A DNA stretch of 63,941 nt, the filler included, from Bigelowiella natans CCMP2755 (taxonomy: Eukaryota > Protista > Cercozoa): the NCBI GenBank assembly GCA_000320545.1. It is 5 parts of 5 records of this genome, joined end to end, with 100 filler letters (N's around TTAATTAATTAA, not from the genome) between each part and the next. Parts side by side here need not be neighbours in the genome. Positions count along the whole stretch, not along the records: positions 10,803 to 30,155 come from ADNK01001584.1; 4 more parts are not named here. One strand, written 5' to 3'. A program made the position numbers and the translations under genes. Position 1 is the stretch's first letter, and the number at the start of each line of letters is the position of its first letter. Under the pieces are notes generated by a model, which saw nothing but the letters and a program-made list of their open reading frames with translations, did not search any database and was not told the DNA's origin. This document shows, one piece after another, positions 13,341 to 27,353 of the stretch.

Positions 13341-14165
13341 CGATGAAGCCCACAAGCACACGGGGTAGTACTGTTAGAAATCAACGTCGCTGCCGACGCT
13401 GGTGGAGACTGATGCGCGCATCTTTGATGGTAGTTGGGGAAAAATGCGCTTGGTGATGTTTCAATCATGCTTTGCTCGTAGTGAGTAAATATTGCATCTT
13501 GTGGTGCCCCCCCCCCCCCCCCACCCCCCTTTCCCTTTTCAGTACCGTGGATGTTCGGGATCGAACCCAGCATTCAATAGTATCGATAGAGTCAACGCCC
13601 AGTCTGTGTAGTAGTTATGTAGGTTTTCAAGATTTGGCCGTCGCCTCATCGCGCGAAGACACAGCATGCACTCACGCAAATATGCGAAACGCAACGAGGG
13701 GGAGGGGGAGAGAGAGAAAGAGATGAAAGCGTGACAGGTGCAAGTGTCACCCCCATTCTTCAGGAATCGACATAAGCGAGCGCAGAAACGAAACATCATG
13801 CCCCACCGAACACATTTCGTACAGTTGTCATATTGCTATTGGAAAGGCTTCTAAATCGATCGATGTGTACCATCACTGCTCTTTTTATCATCGCCGTCAC
13901 CCGTAGCATCTTTTTTGCGCTCTAGCTGTTTTCCTTCCTTGCCGCCCCCGCCCATTGAGGGTGATGATGACGACGATGCGCGTGTTGATTTAATATCGTC
14001 CTTGAAGATATAAGAAAAGGTGCGATGCTGTGTCTCCGTATACAAACGTGATTCCTCCGACGAAGAGGGAAGGAAATATTCATCGGGGAGAGTATGGCGG
14101 ATAGGAGCACTCGTGCCATCGCTTTCACCAATTTCTAAGCATCATCTACAGGATGTACTATATAC

Positions 14166-14204
<39 letters not shown>

Positions 14205-14846
14205 ATCGAATATTCGCCACCTGTGCTTTCTCACGACTATGAGGAGGGGGGGCTATTGCGTGAATAAGAATGGACGCTATCTTGCGCAGCCAGGACGGAT
14301 TCTGCGCAGAATACGTTGTTGGAGGCAGCAGGAAGAAACGAGAAGAGAAAAGAGAAGTCAGGCGGTTGGTATTTACTTTCGGAACATGCAGCGTCCACAT
14401 ATCGTTCTATTACGAAGAAAACGGCTACTGAGAGCTGATATACGCTTATCATCCGCTTGAATTGGAGATAATCTTTCATGAGAACGCGCGCGTGTGTGTG
14501 TGTAGGTGTGTGTTCTTACCATTCCTTTCGTCCCATCTCCTTCTCCCTCTCCCCCCCTCTCTCCCTCTCTCTCTCTCTCTCCCTCCCCCTCTCTCTCGCC
14601 GTTTCCTAGTAATAATACTAATCCACACCTTCTGGGACTTGACGTCCGCTATCGACTTGACCCAAACAAAGGCGCAATCGCAGTTCTAAACACGTGTGAA
14701 ACCACCGTGAGCACATCTAAACTCCGCATTACTCAAAGTCTCAATAAAGCCCAAAAAATTCCCCTGTCTATAACGTCGTACTCAGGCAAGCCAGAGCAGA
14801 GCTGTGCCCGCATAAGGCATCGTTAAGTGCATTATAGAACAATTTC

Positions 14847-14887
<41 letters not shown>

Positions 14888-15016
14888 AAATGTGTATATC
14901 ATTGATGCAATTAACCGGGGCTTTGAACACGTGCATAGCACAGCCATTGTAGTACACCTAATATACACAATAATGATAACACGTATTTCGAGAGGACTAC
15001 ATATCATGATATATAC

Positions 15017-15054
<38 letters not shown>

Positions 15055-15467
15055 TGTGTATGCGCGTGTTATTTCAATCGAAATGAGCTCTCTCCTTCGA
15101 GTGAAGGGCAAACCCAACGGTAGTATCTAGATCTCCAACTGCTGATAATCTCCGTCTACACAGTCTCTTAACTCGCCTTGTATGCGTGCGGCTCTCTACG
15201 CAAACCGCGCGACTCATTTAAGCTTGGGAAGTTGAATAGTATCTGTATTATATATAGGGATGTAGGTGCAAATATGGAAGAAATACCGCAAAAAGAGCTT
15301 CTTCATCTATAACGGTGTGCGTGCTAGCCCCCCCCCCCGCTCCCCCTTCTGTTTGGCGAGCATGAAGCATGCGGAGGTCCACGCTGCTGTGACTTCTCTT
15401 CTTTATGCTCTTACTGAGGGCCTGGACAATAGTAGGTTTATGATTGTTATTATGAATGAAAGAGGGG

Positions 15468-15501
<34 letters not shown>

Positions 15502-15918
15502 GGAGTGGGGAGGCGGGCTTGTATACGCTATTCATGAGGCGAGAGGGTGATGGCTAATTGATATACCATCGATTGAGCACTGCCCACGCCATCGCCTTCA
15601 AAACCGCCCTGCTCCCTTTCTATTGCACTTCTCCTGTTTTGGGCTTTGATTTTGGCGGCGCCACCAGTCGAGGATGCAAAGGGGGGGGACGCAGCTAGGG
15701 GCAACGTGCGAGAGGGGGACGACGAGATTATATCCTGTTGGGAGGCAGCAGCCTGTTTGTTTGTTCGTCGCCAATGGGAAGGAGGAGGAGGGCATTTAGG
15801 GAGTAATGACCAGTTTGCGACTTTTAAAAAATGGTTCTTTTCGAGTAGTAAGCACCCCAGTATCACTCATCATTGTCGATTAAAAGCTTACTGATGCAGG
15901 GCAGTGAAGACATACACA

Positions 15919-15954
<36 letters not shown>

Positions 15955-17864
15955 ACACTGCCGGGACTCACGAGGCGGCGTTCTGCGAGCAGAACTTCCT
16001 GTCTTCGATCGAAAAGTACAGGGCAGTAGTGGTAGCGAAGGTGCATGCTCGCTGGAGTGACGCCTATCCCCCTCCCCAGACCGCATATCGTATGCCGATT
16101 GTTTGCTCCTGAGAGGTCCCATTGCTTCCGCTTCTTACTGGATATCAGCATGCGCGCGCCTGCAATAAGAGAGAGAGGAACTTTTCCGAGCGATTGAACC
16201 TCTGTTTTTGTTTTGGGTATACCCAAATGGAAATTCAGTAACGTGAGTAGGGGATTTGCAGAGGGGGGGGGGATTATCTTCCAGTTTCGTGGTAGTTAAG
16301 TAGTTTTTATTCGATGGTGGCTCTGTTGAACTGCGTTACCAGGCAATGTCCAGATCTCTAACGCCTCCGGGGAAAGGCTACAACGCACATGGATCCATAC
16401 CCCCTGTAACAACGGAAGATCAGTCAATAAATCAAGGAATAGCTATAGGATATTGGAGAACAAATCTATCGTCAGATCGAAAAATACTCACTCGATTCTT
16501 CATCTGCAGCACCCCATGCATTGGCATGGTTTCTCTCCTCTTTAGTCCCCCTCCACAACCTCCTTATTCCCCTCGCAGGTCCTGTGATAGAGGAGAATCG
16601 TGTAGGAGGGAGATCGCCACCGTCTGGTAGTTCAGACTAGATTCTTGTATCTTTCAGTCGAACGTCTCCCAAATCGGTTTAGCGACAAGCAAAAACAAAA
16701 AGATTATCTAAAAACGTAGTATATTTTTACCCCGAGCGAAATCTTTCGGATGTCTATCCGGCTTTGATCCCTTGGCTTCGAACTCGTGCTTGGCAGCACG
16801 AGTTCGTAGCTAAGTTGCATTGTACAAAAAGGGCTGCATTTTGGTAAAAATAACGTATTTAAACAAGTCGCAACACAGATTCCCCGATCAAGCACCCGAT
16901 GTTCATCTAGGCAAAATTTAAACCGAAGATTGACCAAAGGGGTTCTGTGGTCAAAGAAGCATGTCGTTTTTAACAAAATCGTTAAAATATAATTGTCGCA
17001 GGTATAAAAAAACAGACAATTTCTCAGAATAATGTCTGGTGCCCCTGGCAGCGCTCGATGGCGCCGGGTGGCTTTCAGGGCGCAGAAGGTTCGCACCCCC
17101 CCTCCTGAGACTAGAGCGTTTTTGGCCTTTCCAGTATGTAACAAGGCATTCTACATATCATACAGCGTCAGGATAAGTCTCATAGGGAGGCGACAACGAG
17201 GCGAAAGAAACGAAAGGCTGCACTTCAAGCGAATGTACGGTTTAATGCCGGCGTTCTCCAGGTAATTCTCCGCAGCATATCTCCGCCGTTGGCTTTCCAA
17301 TTCTGCAGATAACCTCGTAATCCTCGTATGGTCTTGCAAATATCGAAAGGCCGCCAATGAATGGTCTCGGACAGGGCGGAATAGTGGCGGAAATGCAAGC
17401 AAATCACAGAAGAAACACGCGCAGCTCTCAGTAAGACCACGCCTAATAGAGAAAAACCAAATCCTCAAACAAGTACTTAAGTACGCTATTCATAGTACTA
17501 CATACACACGGCTGATATACCCCAACACAATTTCGCATCGTCTACTGAGCAGGGTGGGGCACCGCCAAGCCAATTCGACACGGCTGGCCAATTCTATCAT
17601 CACTTCAAAAATCTAGTTATGCTTGAGGCAAGACATGTGAGCCAGTAGCAGCAGCCGTACTAACACTATTACTACTACTACTACTATTATCAGCAGTAGT
17701 GCCTATGATGAAGCTCTTACTTTTTATTTGGAGATATACAGGAGCAGCGATAAACATATATGCTTTAACAGATAGCAGTAGAGGCGTGTGAGAGGGCAGC
17801 CTCTTACGCGGCACGGACGGCTCCCAGCAAAGCGCTACGATTTACCGTTGACCAGACTCCGACT

Positions 17865-20800
17865 ATGGCCTCTCTGCATGCAGTGCAGCAGAACGTTGGG
17901 GCGACGTATTGGACGCCAGCCAGGGCAGACAAGCGAAGAAGCTACCACAAGCACAGCAGCAGTGGATATGCGGATATCTCGGCGCGGGCAGGTGTAAAAC
18001 TCTCCGACTTCAAGAATGGAACCCTGGTTTGGTTGTCGCCGTGCTCAGACAGCAGCGGCCGGTCTGGGCCGTTCTGTGGCGGCTCGTCGTCATCATCATC
18101 TTCGGTGTCTACTTCAACTTCGCGCAATGGCAGAGGAAATTATAGGATTTCTTCGCTAATCGGCGTTGTAGAAACCAAGATTGCCGCTACGACGAATCTA
18201 GCATCGTCACAACAAACGCCAAGCGTCAAAACATGTGGTAATGGCGGCAAAGATGCGAAGGAAGGCGCTGAAGAAGCTGCAAGAGAAGTAACACCGAGAG
18301 AAAGATTGTCAGGCAATACGGTATGCCTTTACATCTTTATCGGAGAGACTCCGGCAGAGAAAGAGGCCATGCGGAAGAAGCTACTTGGAGGGGGGGGGGG
18401 GGGTAATTATTGGCTCATAAGGCCTATCGAGTCTCTTCTCGCCTTGAAACGGCAGTACACCGTGTGCAGCTGGTAGGAGTTGCCACTATCGATCGTATAC
18501 ATGTCCAAAACAGCATGATGTGTACATTGCACAAGTACAATTACATAGCAATGCTCGAAGCATGTTTCTTCCTCTTCTTCTTCTTCCTCTTCTTCTTCTT
18601 CCTCTTCTTCTTCTTCCTCTTCTTCTTCTTCTCATTTTGTCTTTTTTACGTGTCGATGAACGCCTTCACTCAATGCGCCTCGGTCTCTCTTGTCTCGTTT
18701 CATTCCTCCTCCCCCTCCTCCTCCTCCTCCTTGTACTCATTTAATGGCGCCCATGCCTTCCCCCCCCCCCCCTTCTCACTGTGATTCTCAGGGCCCCGAA
18801 CTTGAAATTCACCCTTGAGCTGCTTGGAGCTCCGCTATCCACGCGCGTTGTCTTTGAGGCGGACGGTGACGAGAACGCCGATGAAGAGGCTGTGGAGAAG
18901 ATAATTGCGAGGTGCATGAAGAATGGTGCTGCCGCCACGACAGCGGCGACGGCCAAATCGGAAAGCAAATCCACCGAAGATCCCATAAACGAGGACGGCG
19001 TTTGCACAGGGCAACATCAACGACTGAGACTCTTCGATGGCTTCCGCTTGTTAAATGCCTCTCAAAGGCGGGCTATTTGCGCATTCGTTGACCCGTTTCA
19101 GCAGGTGTCTATGCGAGTTCTAGTGATTATGATGATGGTGGTGGGGATAATGGTGATGATGACGATGAAATCGAAAATGAGGTCCTTTTTATCTGCTAAT
19201 CTTGCTAGTGCTTGAATGTGTGCGTGTGTGTGAGTGAATGCGAATGTCTGCATGTTAGTATGTGTGGGTGAGTGTTTATGTGTGTGTGTGTGTGTGTGTG
19301 TGCGTGCGTGGTTTCGCGTGTGCTATTTGCGACTAGAAACGGATTCATTTGATCCAAGGCCCCCCAGGCTCAGGCAAGGTGCGCATAGACCGTATATCAG
19401 AATCAATGCGTGCGAAGGAACACCTTCCTTTCATAACTTGTACTTCTTCTTGGAACGTTTGCTTTGCAGACGCGCACCATTGTAGAGCTACTGAAGATTC
19501 TTACCTTTACAGGGGAGAGAGTGATGGTAGGAGCAATCACACCTTCTTCATCGTGACCTAGCCCTTCCCTCAGCGTTTTCTCGTGTCCAAAAACGGAATG
19601 AAACCGTACTTTACTTTGTTGAACCCTCCCTCCTCCCCCCCATCCTAGGTGTGCGCCCCTTCCAACAGGGCAGTTCAGGTACTGCGAGAATGTGGACAAT
19701 ACCATGCTTACAATTTTTTTGTTTATTTTCATTTTTTCAATGTGCATATGGTGAAACATACTCGACTGCAAACCTTAGTTTTTGCCTTTTCACCATGATT
19801 TGCTCTTGGGCTCCGCGCTTCGTCAGGTGGTGTGCCGATCCCTTCGAGACAGCCTCGCAATAGATATGGAGAGTCACCATTGCAGCATAAAGCTGCTCGG
19901 CGTCGAGGTCGGTCAACGTCCTTTGATCCGCCTTTTTGTCTGGCTAAGTAGCATCTGAGCATTGGGCGTTTGACCTTACAGGAGGAGCTTAGCGAGGACC
20001 TCAAAGACGTCTTTGTGCACACGCTTTGCACGACTGTACACGGAAGAATCAAAGCCCTCCAATCGCGCTGCGCGGCCTTGTCCCGACAGTGCTCAGAGTT
20101 GCTTCTTCTAGAGGACACCGGGTTCTGTTCCCAATCCGACGTCGTGTGTCTTGTGCGAGCGGGCCACACGCAGAGCTGCCGCAACAACGCGCTCCTATGC
20201 TTTAACCTGCTGCAGGACATCAAGATCGCGTATCACAGGCTACAGGCTCAGCTCCGGAAATCATTGCCTCGGTCATTTCCCAAGCTTCAAAGTAAGCTGG
20301 TTTTTCCATATCAATGTCGCGTTCTTTCGGCCGTCTTGCCAAAGGCACTGACTAACCAATGCAGATAGTATGAGCGAAGTCGGCGTATTAATTGTTTTTT
20401 TTTAACCACGCGCCGCTGTATCGTTTCTTCTCGCTATGCTCATAGAGTTTGTATGTCTTGTAGAGGCGTTCTCCCGTATAGTTAGTGACGTTGAAAGACT
20501 GGAGATTTCAGTAGCTGCGCGAGGAATATGGCCATGCAAACGGAGAGCCGACATCCCGGCCCAAGTCAGCAGCCTTCTCCAATCAGCGACGAAGCTTCCA
20601 AGCCTTTTCTTTGAGTTATTCCTCGCGAGTGAAGGACGCAGATCGTCCTTCGAGCTTGAGGCCTTGAACCATGCCGATGTGCTCTTTTGCACCCTGGCGA
20701 CGGCTGGGAGGTGTGTGTGTTTTTGAAGAAGTTTAGAAGTTCTCCGGGGAGGGGTTGACAATGGGGGGGGGGGGGGGGGGGACGGGGGATGTAGCAGCAT

Positions 20801-20918
20801 GGATATGATATCATCCCTTAGCTCTATCTCAAGACATGTGTGCTTCTTTGTTGCGTTATTGGATCAGGACGATTGTAAAGAGAATCAACCCTGTTGATGT
20901 AAGGCTTGCGGCTGTACA

Positions 20919-20955
<37 letters not shown>

Positions 20956-21115
20956 CTTTGCTTCGTTTCCATGGCTGACTCTGCCTTTCGCCGACGATGA
21001 TGTAATCCATGTACTTTTCGCTAGGTTTTGGTCGTTGACGAGGCGTCTGCCGCGCTTGAGCCAGAGGTTTGCGCTGTTTTTAAGCATGTTCAAATATATG
21101 TATATATAGAGGATG

Positions 21116-21155
<40 letters not shown>

Positions 21156-21450
21156 ATCGAGAATCGCCCGCTCTCCCGTTTATTTCCTTTTTTCCTTTCA
21201 TCCTGGAGAGCAGCAGAGGCTCAGCTTGCGTTTTGTGAGCTTTGATGCGGATGTGTGCATATGTTCCGTACAACAGTCGTTGCTGGCGCTTCAAGCGCGT
21301 CCATCCCGTTGTTTCATGGTGGGGGATCAAAGGCAGCTCTCTCCAGTAGTCAGATCGCCGAAAGCGAATGAGTTAAAACTAGGGCGCTCCTTAATGTCAA
21401 GGTCAAGCACAGCATTATTTTCCAATCTGGCTTTTTGTCTCTCTCTATCC

Positions 21451-21490
<40 letters not shown>

Positions 21491-21827
21491 CTTTCTCTCT
21501 CCTCCTTCTATTTGCGTAGGCCGGTGTTGTTGAGCTTCAGGAGAGGGGCAACACCGCCATTTCCGCTGCCATTGCAAAAACGCGAAGATGCCTCGTCTTT
21601 TCGCAAGCGTGATGGCGAGAGTTTTGGACTGCATTTCCTTCTTGCAACGACCGCATGTTTTCCCCCTCCACTTTGAGCAAAGTCTCAACTTTCGGTCTGT
21701 TTGATGCTGATGTTTTCATCATAAAGGCTGGTTGACGATTGCGGGCATTCCTATACAATGCTCGATGTTCAGTACCGAATGCATCCTACAATCAGCGCGT
21801 AAGTAAGGAGAGCGGAGGGAAAGAAGC

Positions 21828-21865
<38 letters not shown>

Positions 21866-21879
21866 GTGTGCATGTGTAT

Positions 21880-21914
<35 letters not shown>

Positions 21915-22335
21915 GAGAGAGAAAGAGAGAGGAAGAGAGAGGAAGAGAGAGATAATAGGCTGCATAAGAGAATGACAGAGACAACATCCAAACTCTTATC
22001 GCTAGTATTTCCCCAATTTAAAAAGAAAAAAGAGCTCAAAAAATTATGTAGGCTCTTGTCAATCCACGACTACATACCCATCACTACTGAGAATGATGAT
22101 GAACCCATCTATTTCATACTCTCCTGATAATTCCGGGAGAGCTGATATGGTGATGGTGGTGGTGTGCGTGTAGGTTCCCAAGTCGTCGTTATTACGGGGG
22201 CTTGCTGAGGAATGGAGATAGTGTCTTGAGGTGTGTGCATACGAAGGGGGGGGGGGGGGGGGAAGTAGAGCGCAGATCTAATGTCTCCACTATTTTGGAA
22301 GATCCCCGTCGTTTATCATGCCAAACTCAATAATA

Positions 22336-22373
<38 letters not shown>

Positions 22374-22621
22374 AATATAAATTATTCACATATCTATCTT
22401 TATCATCGGTCTAAGGCACTGTTGTTTCCTTGATTGTTGGTGTTGGTGTTGGTGTTGGTGTGGGTTTCGTTGTCGTGCGTCGCAGAAACAACCAACAGTT
22501 GAGAGCGCTACAGCCCTGTTTGGGGCCGTTTGCTTTTATCGATGTCTCTTCCAAGCTTTCATCAGAGTAACTTCATAGAACAGAGAATGTTTTTATAATG
22601 CTATATGTTTTCATATTCAGT

Positions 22622-22661
<40 letters not shown>

Positions 22662-22730
22662 TAATTTATATTTTTATTTATATTGTTAAAGAGATACGAA
22701 GGTTGTGCTACATCCGCGGCGTATGCATGC

Positions 22731-22798
<68 letters not shown>

Positions 22799-23073
22799 GA
22801 AATAAAGATAATATATAAAACAAGATTAGCATGATAACGAATTTTTTGACAATGCAGAGCACGATCTGCTCAAGGGAGCTATGAGAACGCTGCTGAGGCA
22901 AAATTGGCTTGCTCTGTCGTACGGAAGCTGAATAAACTAGTGACTACGAGGAAGATATCTTCGCGTCGTTGTCAATCCGTATTCGTCATTTCCATGTAAC
23001 CCGCTCTCTACTAACTCGCGAGGAGGGAAAAGAGTGTTCATGCTTGGAAAAAATCGATATATACATAAATATA

Positions 23074-23129
<56 letters not shown>

Positions 23130-23832
23130 TCCGGAGACATCTTACGGAAATCGGGGAGTTTTGCTGCTATGCAAAACCAAAACAAGTATCACTGCGTCTT
23201 AGGTTGCTCATAGGTCGTTCCTTTGTCATTCCCCTCCCCCCTTCCGTACTATGCTGCCCTTTATTCCTCAGGTACTCAGCGCAAGTGAGGCGTATACGTT
23301 CAGCTATTAGGCGTGAAATCGTCAAATCACAATCGTCCTCATCACAGTCGTCTTTAGTTCCTCCTCCTTCTCCTCCTCCCCTTCAGCGCGACCCCTTCCT
23401 TTTAGACGTCAAAGTCTGCTCGGTTGACTCCGCCCAAGGCTCGGAGGCCGACGTTGTGATTGTTTCCATGGTGAGGTGTAATGCAGAGAGCAGGTAGAAG
23501 ATCTTTGAGAGTGATGATACCTTGTTCATAGTCGATTGCTGGTTGCTTCCCTTCCATGAAATTTTGGTTTTAACGGGAACTGGCCGAGCAATTTCGTCAG
23601 AACAGCCCACGCGGTGTGAGATGTGCCTCTAGCGCTGACTATATCATTGCAAAGGGTTGGGTTTCTTGCGGACCCCAGGCGGCTAAACGTCGCGATTACG
23701 AGGGCGCGACACAGTCTGATCATTCTGGGGAATGCTAGAACGCTGGAGAGCTCGGATTCGGAAGACTTGAGGTGTGTTGTTTTTAACACCACAACTATCG
23801 AAGCCGATGATCGGTTTTCTGCAGAGTCATGA
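17865..23832 (+). CDS. SF1B Upf1-like (DNA2/NAM7, AAA_11/AAA_12) helicase, multi-exon
   Basis: Motifs appear in order on successive exons: LNASQRRAI (Q motif), [10 protein letters not shown] (Walker A, 19349), [33 protein letters not shown] (Walker B), [84 protein letters not shown]. The true start is probably upstream (acceptor at about 17770). Confidence 0.92.
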
Positions 23833-25206
23833 AAAGAGTTGAGAGGCGGAAACGCGTCTGAAGATATAGATGAATGCAAGTCGATACCATGCAGTGCATG
23901 CTCGAGAGGGCTTTGCGGGGCGTTTCTATCCACGCAAGTGCACTCTCGCAGGGTGCGGCGACGAAGAGGAGATCATGAATGAAGCGAGTACATTCGTTCG
24001 GATGGCTTCTCCTAATCGAATGCTGTGCTCCCTATAATCACTTGCTCGTCAGGTTGCTTATAGGCCATGCTAAGGAGACCGGATGTTGTTTCTCCCAAGA
24101 AAAATTAGTACAGATGATTGATGATTGATGATTGATGCATGATCTCATGAGGCCACAATCGCTGACGGCTGAGAATTTGCAGACCTGCGAATTATGCGAG
24201 TGCATTCGAAAGACCGCGAAAGGACTAGTTTCGTGTGACGCGGCGCTGCGCTTGCTCTGATCGCTCAATTTGAGGATGTGATGCACAAGTTCAATTTGTT
24301 CAATTATCATCATTTTAATGGGTGCTTTTTGGGCCTTTGTCGATGCTTTGCATGATCTACGATACGTTCTATAGCGGAATGTCGGCATACCGCAACAATC
24401 AAACTCTTTTTGCATACGACATACATCACATTCATTAATATGAAATATGTGCTGAGTCGATAAGTGCTGCTAGCCGTGACTTTGCAGAGCTACACATCAG
24501 GATGCAATCTTTGCAGTTATGTTCCGCAACAAAAAAGCACAATTAAAACAAGATTCTATCTTGCGCAGCAAGACTTACTTACTAAACGCGGTTAGCAGCA
24601 AAATGCATAATCAAACGAGAAAAGAATTTTAATTCAGTCGTTGAGACGGCATTTCTAATCGCATATCTATAGCTAGCAAGGGGCAATAGAAAACGTTCTA
24701 TACAATTCACGCATTTGGCGCACAAAGTCTTAAATTCACTTAAAAATTGTCGCAACTTCAGCGTTCTTAAAAGCGCAGCCTAGCAGTACATTTGCGTTGG
24801 CGCGCAATGGATGGCTTACTTACACGTTTATCATGTCTAGACGTTCTTCAATTGAAAGAGAAGTTCCGAATTTTGATACATATCGAAACAAGCATGACAA
24901 TCATTACAAACTAACTGGCTATTCCTCAATTTCAAGCAAGCACGGTGAAAACGATTCGGCCTGGCTTTACGGCTAGTTTCGATACATACTAAACCTGTAA
25001 TACGTGCGACATGCGCATCGTGTATGCATTAGATCCCATACCGATCGTTCCTTTTCATGTACAATCTGACTTATAATATGTATTTCTTGGAATGGAAACA
25101 CGGACGACGCAGCGAGCAAAAGCTGGAACGGCAATCGGCACCAGCTTTTCAGCCGCGCTTCGTTTGTGAGCTTAGTCCTTTGTGCATTCTATAATCGAAT
25201 ATCAAG

Positions 25207-27353
25207 TTAGGCAGATTTGCCTTCCGAGGTACTTTGGGAAGACAACGGAGCCATGCCAGGCATGCTGTTCAATCCGATCATAGAGGGCTTTTGCCCGTTC
25301 TTCTTTCTTCTCAATAATGCTGCTTTGGCTCGTAGCAAACCCTTGCTTGGGCTACCCGGGATCAAAGAAGCATCTGACGTTTTGTCCCAGGCACCCGATG
25401 CCATGTTGGTTTGTGATTGATCAAAAGGCATCGTATCCGAGAATATGGCAGAGCTCTCAGACTTCTCCCTCTCAACCTTCTCTACCTCAACTTCGAGCCC
25501 CATCATCTCCATGACGGAGGTGATGCACTTCGTGCAGCAGTCCTTCTCGTCCTCCTCCGGCTTCTTATCTTTCTTGGGTGCCGTGCAAGAGAGAATCATT
25601 TTGACAATGCTCACGCTGACGAAGATGAGGCCATAGTAGAACAATGTCACGTTACCCATAGCTAGAGAGAAAGCAGAAAAGAACGTATTTTCCAACACTT
25701 CCTCGATTTTTGTGCAACTGTACGGAGGGACGTCCTTCCACGGAGCACACAAATCATTCGAAGTCTGCGCGCCTCCGTTCCAAGATATGCGCAGGCTATT
25801 CAGCAAATCCAGCTTGATGCTATTGCGAGTCCTCCTGTTCATCGGCAAGCACACGCACTCGAAATTGCAGCTACTCGTCCCTGCTCCCGTGGCATACCAC
25901 GTGCTTCGATCCATTGCATACGTGAGAGGGGAATCTCTGACTTTGGTCAAACCGCTCGGAGAACCTCTAGGACTGCACATCCTCCCCATCTTAAATATAA
26001 CCGTGGCATTCCACCGACTACTCGTGGGGGCTGCCGAAGAGGGAGAGCACGTGGAAGGAGAGCACGTGGAGGGAGACAATGAGGTAGGGGCGCAGGATGT
26101 AGGCCCGCACGTGGAAGGAGAGCACGTGGAGGGAGACAATGAGGTGGGAGCGCAGGTAGTCGGACCACAGGTTGTCGGAGAGCAGGAGGAAGGGGACATC
26201 GTGGATGGGGATAATGACGTAGGGGCGCAAGACGTAGGCCCGCACGTGGAAGGAGACATCGTGGATGGGGACAACGATGTGGGAGCGCACGTGGTTGGGG
26301 AAGAAGATGGGGGCAAGCGAACTGGGGCTTTTTGTGACAGGAGAGCAGGAGGTCGGAGCGCATGAGGTGGGGGACATTGTGGTGGGGGACAGCGTGGTGG
26401 GAGCGCATGAGGTCGGAGCGCATGAGGTGGGAGACAGCGTGGTGGGGGCGCATGAGGTCGGAGCGCATGAGGTGGGGGACATTGTGGTGGGGGACAGCGT
26501 GGTGGGGGCACAAGTGCTGGGGGACGATGTGGTGGGGGACACTGTGGTGGGAGAGCAGGAGGTGGGAGAACATGTGGTGGGGGTGGAGCTTGGGGCACTT
26601 GTGGAGGGGGCACACGTCGTCGGGGTGGAACTCGGGGCTTGCGTGGTGGGCGATCCTGTGGTCGGAGTGCTCGATGGTGACAGTGAAGGTGACAACGACG
26701 TGGGAGCTCCCGTGGCGGGAGAGCACGTCGTCGGAGTGGTCGTTGGTGATTGTGAAGGTGAAAATGATGTGGGGGCCCCCGTGACAGGAGTACTCGTGGT
26801 CGGGGTAGCAGTAAAAGGGGACAACGACGTGGGGGCCCCCGTGACAGGAGTACTCGTGGTCGGACCGCATGTGCTGGGTGTAGGAGCAGTTGTGCTGGGA
26901 CTACAGGTTGTTGGGGAATTTGATGTAGGAGCCATTGTTGGGCTTTTTGTGGGTCTCCTCTGATCATTATCGAAGATTAAACAATCTTAGAGGAATAGAT
27001 AGAATGCTGTGGAGATCGGCATACGGAGGCAGAGAAACCGAACAAGAAAATATACACGTGCATGGCTGTTGGACATAGCAGTATCGAGATGAGCAAAATC
27101 AGATGAACAATATCATACCTGCGAGCCGAGAGTGTGAATATTTTTCTGCTGATCATTATCAAAGATTAAACAATCTTAGAGGAATAGATAGAATGCTGTG
27201 GAGATCGGCATGCGAAGGCAGAGAAACCGAAAATGAAAATATACATGTGGATGGTTGTTGAACGTAGCAGTATCAAGATGAACGAAATGGGACACCAGAT
27301 GAATAATAACGGACCTTCTTTTCCGTATTCACTCCGTTTGACTCATACAGCAC
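25207..27353 (-). CDS. Membrane protein with a Cys-containing Pro/Thr/Ser mucin-like stalk, C-terminal TM segment and cytosolic tail; more 5' exons probably extend towards 29500
   Basis: Exons 27353-27315, 27148-27119 and 26959-25207, all phase 0. The PT(T/S)C(S/A/G)PT repeats shift frame at a 5-G run (26309-26313); removing one G gives a continuous ORF. Hydrophobic FFSAFSLAMGNVTLFYYGLIFVSVSIVKMIL is followed by a CCTKC-containing tail. Confidence 0.75.
26018..26959 (-). repeat. Coding minisatellite array (about 15-nt units, PTTCS/PTSCA/PTTLS)
   Basis: Directly visible degenerate tandem repeats, open in several frames on both strands. Confidence 0.9.

Noticed and set aside
13400-17700. Exon-like segments between the PH gene and the helicase
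   Set aside because: Good splice signals and plausible peptides on both strands; strand and gene membership cannot be assigned without transcripts.
20760-20790. Long G/C homopolymer runs here and throughout
   Set aside because: Common intronic low-complexity runs of uncertain length; no specific evidence of G-quadruplex function.
24038-24415. 125-aa ORF containing EFDCCG (tetraspanin-like word)
   Set aside because: No TM segments or other tetraspanin features.
25712-26967. Several long overlapping ORFs (VGAHE, PPRCP and His-rich frames)
   Set aside because: Alternative-frame and antisense readings of the mucin minisatellite.
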